From positions 2,604,001 through 2,668,000 of the forward strand of contig CM030337.1 in NCBI GenBank assembly GCA_017654855.1: a stretch of 64,000 nt of DNA, written 5' to 3'. A program made the position numbers and the translations under genes. Shown here piece after piece: positions 60,306 to 64,000 of the stretch (position 1 is the first letter of the stretch; every line of letters begins with the position of its first letter). Source of the DNA: Podospora anserina (lineage: Eukaryota). Under the pieces are notes generated by a model. It had not been told where the DNA came from. It did no database searches and saw only the letters and a program-made list of their open reading frames with translations.

Positions 60306-60984
60306 TCAACTTGAGCGAGAAAACACAAGCATAGTTTGTATATAGAACGATAGAGATGATGACATGAAAATAATGAGTTGATGTTTTTCGTCGACAGGGA
60401 ACCCAAGGCTGTCAGTGATTCCGTCCGCACGCCAAGAGAGCGGCCCGTTTGGTGGGGGGCGGCGATCACCCGCTAGCAGTTGGTGGGGCCTGCCCTGAGA
60501 TGTTGCCTCAGTATGGCTGAACGGGCAGGCTGAACCTAATGTGCAATCACCAAACATGAGCACACGGTATCCAAGACTAACTGTGGACCCAAAAAAAATA
60601 CGTCGAGAGATAATGTTGGGCTTCAATTGACCCTCTTCATTAATGACCAAGAAGGTCTCGATACCAGCTCCAAGCCCTTCGACTTGGCTACCTATATTCA
60701 AAGGCCGTTTTATTACTATCTTTCGGCGGTTATCGTTGATTTTTTAGAGTCGTTATTTTGTTCCAAGTCCCAGTTTCCTTATCTAGGTTCTGTCCACACA
60801 TGATAACCTGACGACCTAAGGGCAAGCAAACTTCAGCCCGGTTCAGCCATCAAAAAGTTCGACACCACCCAGGTAAGTAGTCGCCACCTCTCTGCTTTCT
60901 TTCTTAGCACTTAGCACTTCGCACAATGCACCACAAATTGCATTACACGACCTTCGTCTCTACATCCAGCAGAAATCCATCACC

Positions 60985-62088
60985 ATGGCCGAGAAGAACA
61001 AGATGCATCCGCAAGGAGAAAGCTTGTTCTTCCGAAGACTGCCGCAAGAAATGCGAGATCACATCTGGACTCAGCTCTTCTGTTCTACGAGGTTCACTTT
61101 TGGATTGTGGGAAGGCCCGGACTCCCGTGACTGCAAGCACATCAAGCCTACACCGAGTGGCCTTGCGATGCTTCGCACCTGTCGTCGAGCACAGCTCGAG
61201 ATTGGCGACTCATGGCTACGCCACGTCCTGTTTTGCTTCCAAGACACCAAGTCAATGATGGACCGGCTTTCTGTGCTACCCGTAGATACACTTTCAAAGT
61301 TGCGGCACCTCAGAGTTAGTGATAATGCTTTACTTGAGCTGGGTGACCCTGACGACGGCCGCTATTATCTCCTAACCTCTTATTTCAAGCTCCTTCCAGG
61401 CCTTCAGCTCGACCAGCTCACGGTCCTCGGTGCCCGTTTATTTCCGCTCAGCTATGACACGCTCGACGATCTCATCAAGGACGGCAATGGATGGAAAACA
61501 TTGCGCTACATCTCCCACAGCTCAAAGATGCTCGGATTCGCGTCAGGATACGGGCCCTACGGCCCAGGGTTGGGAGGCAATCCCCAGTACTGCAGGAAGT
61601 CACAGCCAAAGCACTGGCAAGGTGTCTTGGAAGATCGTGACGGTGTAGCCTCGGGTCCTTCCGCGACAATCTACAGAGCTAAGGAACCAGCCCAATATGG
61701 TTCGATCCTAGACCCCAACAAGCGGGTGATATTCGAACAAAAACCGCACTGCGGCCAAGATCTGCAACCGAATGAATTTCATGAGGACCCCGAACTCATG
61801 TCTGGAGATGAGAAAAAGAAAGAACTGATGGTCGTTGTGAAGAGGGGCACTGGGGTCAAGTACGAGGAACGGGACTCCCCGCTGATTGAATGGGATTTGC
61901 GGCGTGACTTCCCGAATATGACGTGGGAGGAGATTTTCGATCATTATCTTCAAGAGCCAGGTTATCCCCCTTATGCCGAGGAAGAGGAGAGAGAAAAGAA
62001 GGCTTTCATTTTGCCCATCCAAGAAGATTTCTACAAGGACGTTGATGAGTATGAGTGGTCTGGGTACCACCTTGACGAGAGATATTAG
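60985..62088 (+). CDS. Conserved fungal hypothetical protein with an F-box-like N-terminal motif
   Basis: 367-aa ORF in CACCATGG context, with SLFFRRLPQEMRDHIWTQLF...LAMLRTCRR. Confidence 0.8.
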   Translation: MAEKNKMHPQGESLFFRRLPQEMRDHIWTQLFCSTRFTFGLWEGPDSRDCKHIKPTPSGLAMLRTCRRAQLEIGDSWLRHVLFCFQDTKSMMDRLSVLPVDTLSKLRHLRVSDNALLELGDPDDGRYYLLTSYFKLLPGLQLDQLTVLGARLFPLSYDTLDDLIKDGNGWKTLRYISHSSKMLGFASGYGPYGPGLGGNPQYCRKSQPKHWQGVLEDRDGVASGPSATIYRAKEPAQYGSILDPNKRVIFEQKPHCGQDLQPNEFHEDPELMSGDEKKKELMVVVKRGTGVKYEERDSPLIEWDLRRDFPNMTWEEIFDHYLQEPGYPPYAEEEEREKKAFILPIQEDFYKDVDEYEWSGYHLDERY

Positions 62089-62682
62089 TAGGGATCAATC
62101 ACATCATGCTAGGTATCAAGGGCTCTAGAATTAGGACTTTTATGGCTACATCCCTAGTATGGAAGGGAATTAATCATCTTGCCATACATCTTTTTGCATT
62201 TGATCTCGACTTCAACCCGATTGGATCGCAACTTACGCCCAACTCGATTTGAGCTCCCTCTCGCGCCCATCTCAACTCGCAGCCAACTTACCTTCGGTCT
62301 CAGCTTACTGTCGGCTTTACCCAGCTTAAAGCCGGTCATTTCTAGTGGTTCATGTACCTACATTTGGGTTATATCACTGCTGAGAAACCACAAACGTCCG
62401 CACACCCGAGCTGCTGTCAGCCGCGTCAATAGGAAACGTCCCTCCTAGCCGCCCAACTTTCCAGAGGCATTGGCATCAGAAAAACAAATATCGGGGCGCC
62501 AGCAGATCACCATAGCTCGCGGGTACACGTCTTTACAATAAACATACTGCGGCTTTAGCCGCGAGGATAAAATCCCCGACGTGGTATACCCGGACTTGCA
62601 TCATCTAAATCTCCATGTCGGGTGACCGGGAGGTATGTTATTGCAAGACCAAATGCCGAAAGCCTCAACTCTCCTTGCTTAG

Positions 62683-63540
<858 letters not shown>

Positions 63541-64000
63541 GGTGGGAGATGATGTGAAGGTGGGAAAAGGGGGATCGTGGAAAAAGGGGTGGGTTTTATG
63601 TAGCTAGTTCTGAGATGTACATATTTTGCGAGAAAAATGTCACAAGCATGCTTTCTGTGATGCATATTGTTGGCGGTTCGGCGATGAGGTAATGTGCAAG
63701 TTCACTGTCTAGAGTAAGGTACCTTACCTCGAGTCGCCTGCATCACACAAAAGAGAGGTGGGAAGGTGTCCCAGTTGGCGGATGGTAAAATTAAGACTTC
63801 CATTGAAGACACAATCGTATGGTGCAGGAGATTCATGCAATCTCTATACACGGCGGTCTATTCTAATCTTCAAAGACCGTCAATTCTGTATCTCTAGCTC
63901 TTTTCACACCTTTTAGATCTCACCTCTCTGTATTCTTAGACCGAGCAGCTCTCCGGTTTAACAGGCCCCCTACACGGACACGCATCACCCCGACTACTTC

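Overview
Intron-containing genomic DNA from a filamentous ascomycete. GT..CTAAC/CTGAC..AG introns, transition-type damage in the repeats and the gene content point to Sordariales, possibly Podospora-like (inference only). Intact genes include two C2H2 zinc-finger proteins, a ~10 kb six-exon DUF3638/DUF3645-type protein, a CAP/PR-1 protein, a divergent Och1-like GT32 plus Acyl_transf_3 pair, an old yellow enzyme, an intron-containing tRNA-Ile(AAT), a cytochrome P450, a DUF3433-type membrane protein and a GH11 xylanase. These are interleaved with decayed DNA: a hAT-like non-autonomous element, nested solo LTRs, a RIP-damaged Crypton tyrosine-recombinase transposon carrying its own solo LTR, a doubly truncated NACHT/NLR relic and several pseudogenes. 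The most striking candidate for an undescribed system is a small secreted Kex2/Ste13-type precursor at 31412-31810. It encodes four Cys-x7-Cys-Trp peptides that resemble, but differ from, known ascomycete alpha-type pheromones. Family assignments come from motif recognition by eye; no database searches were run.
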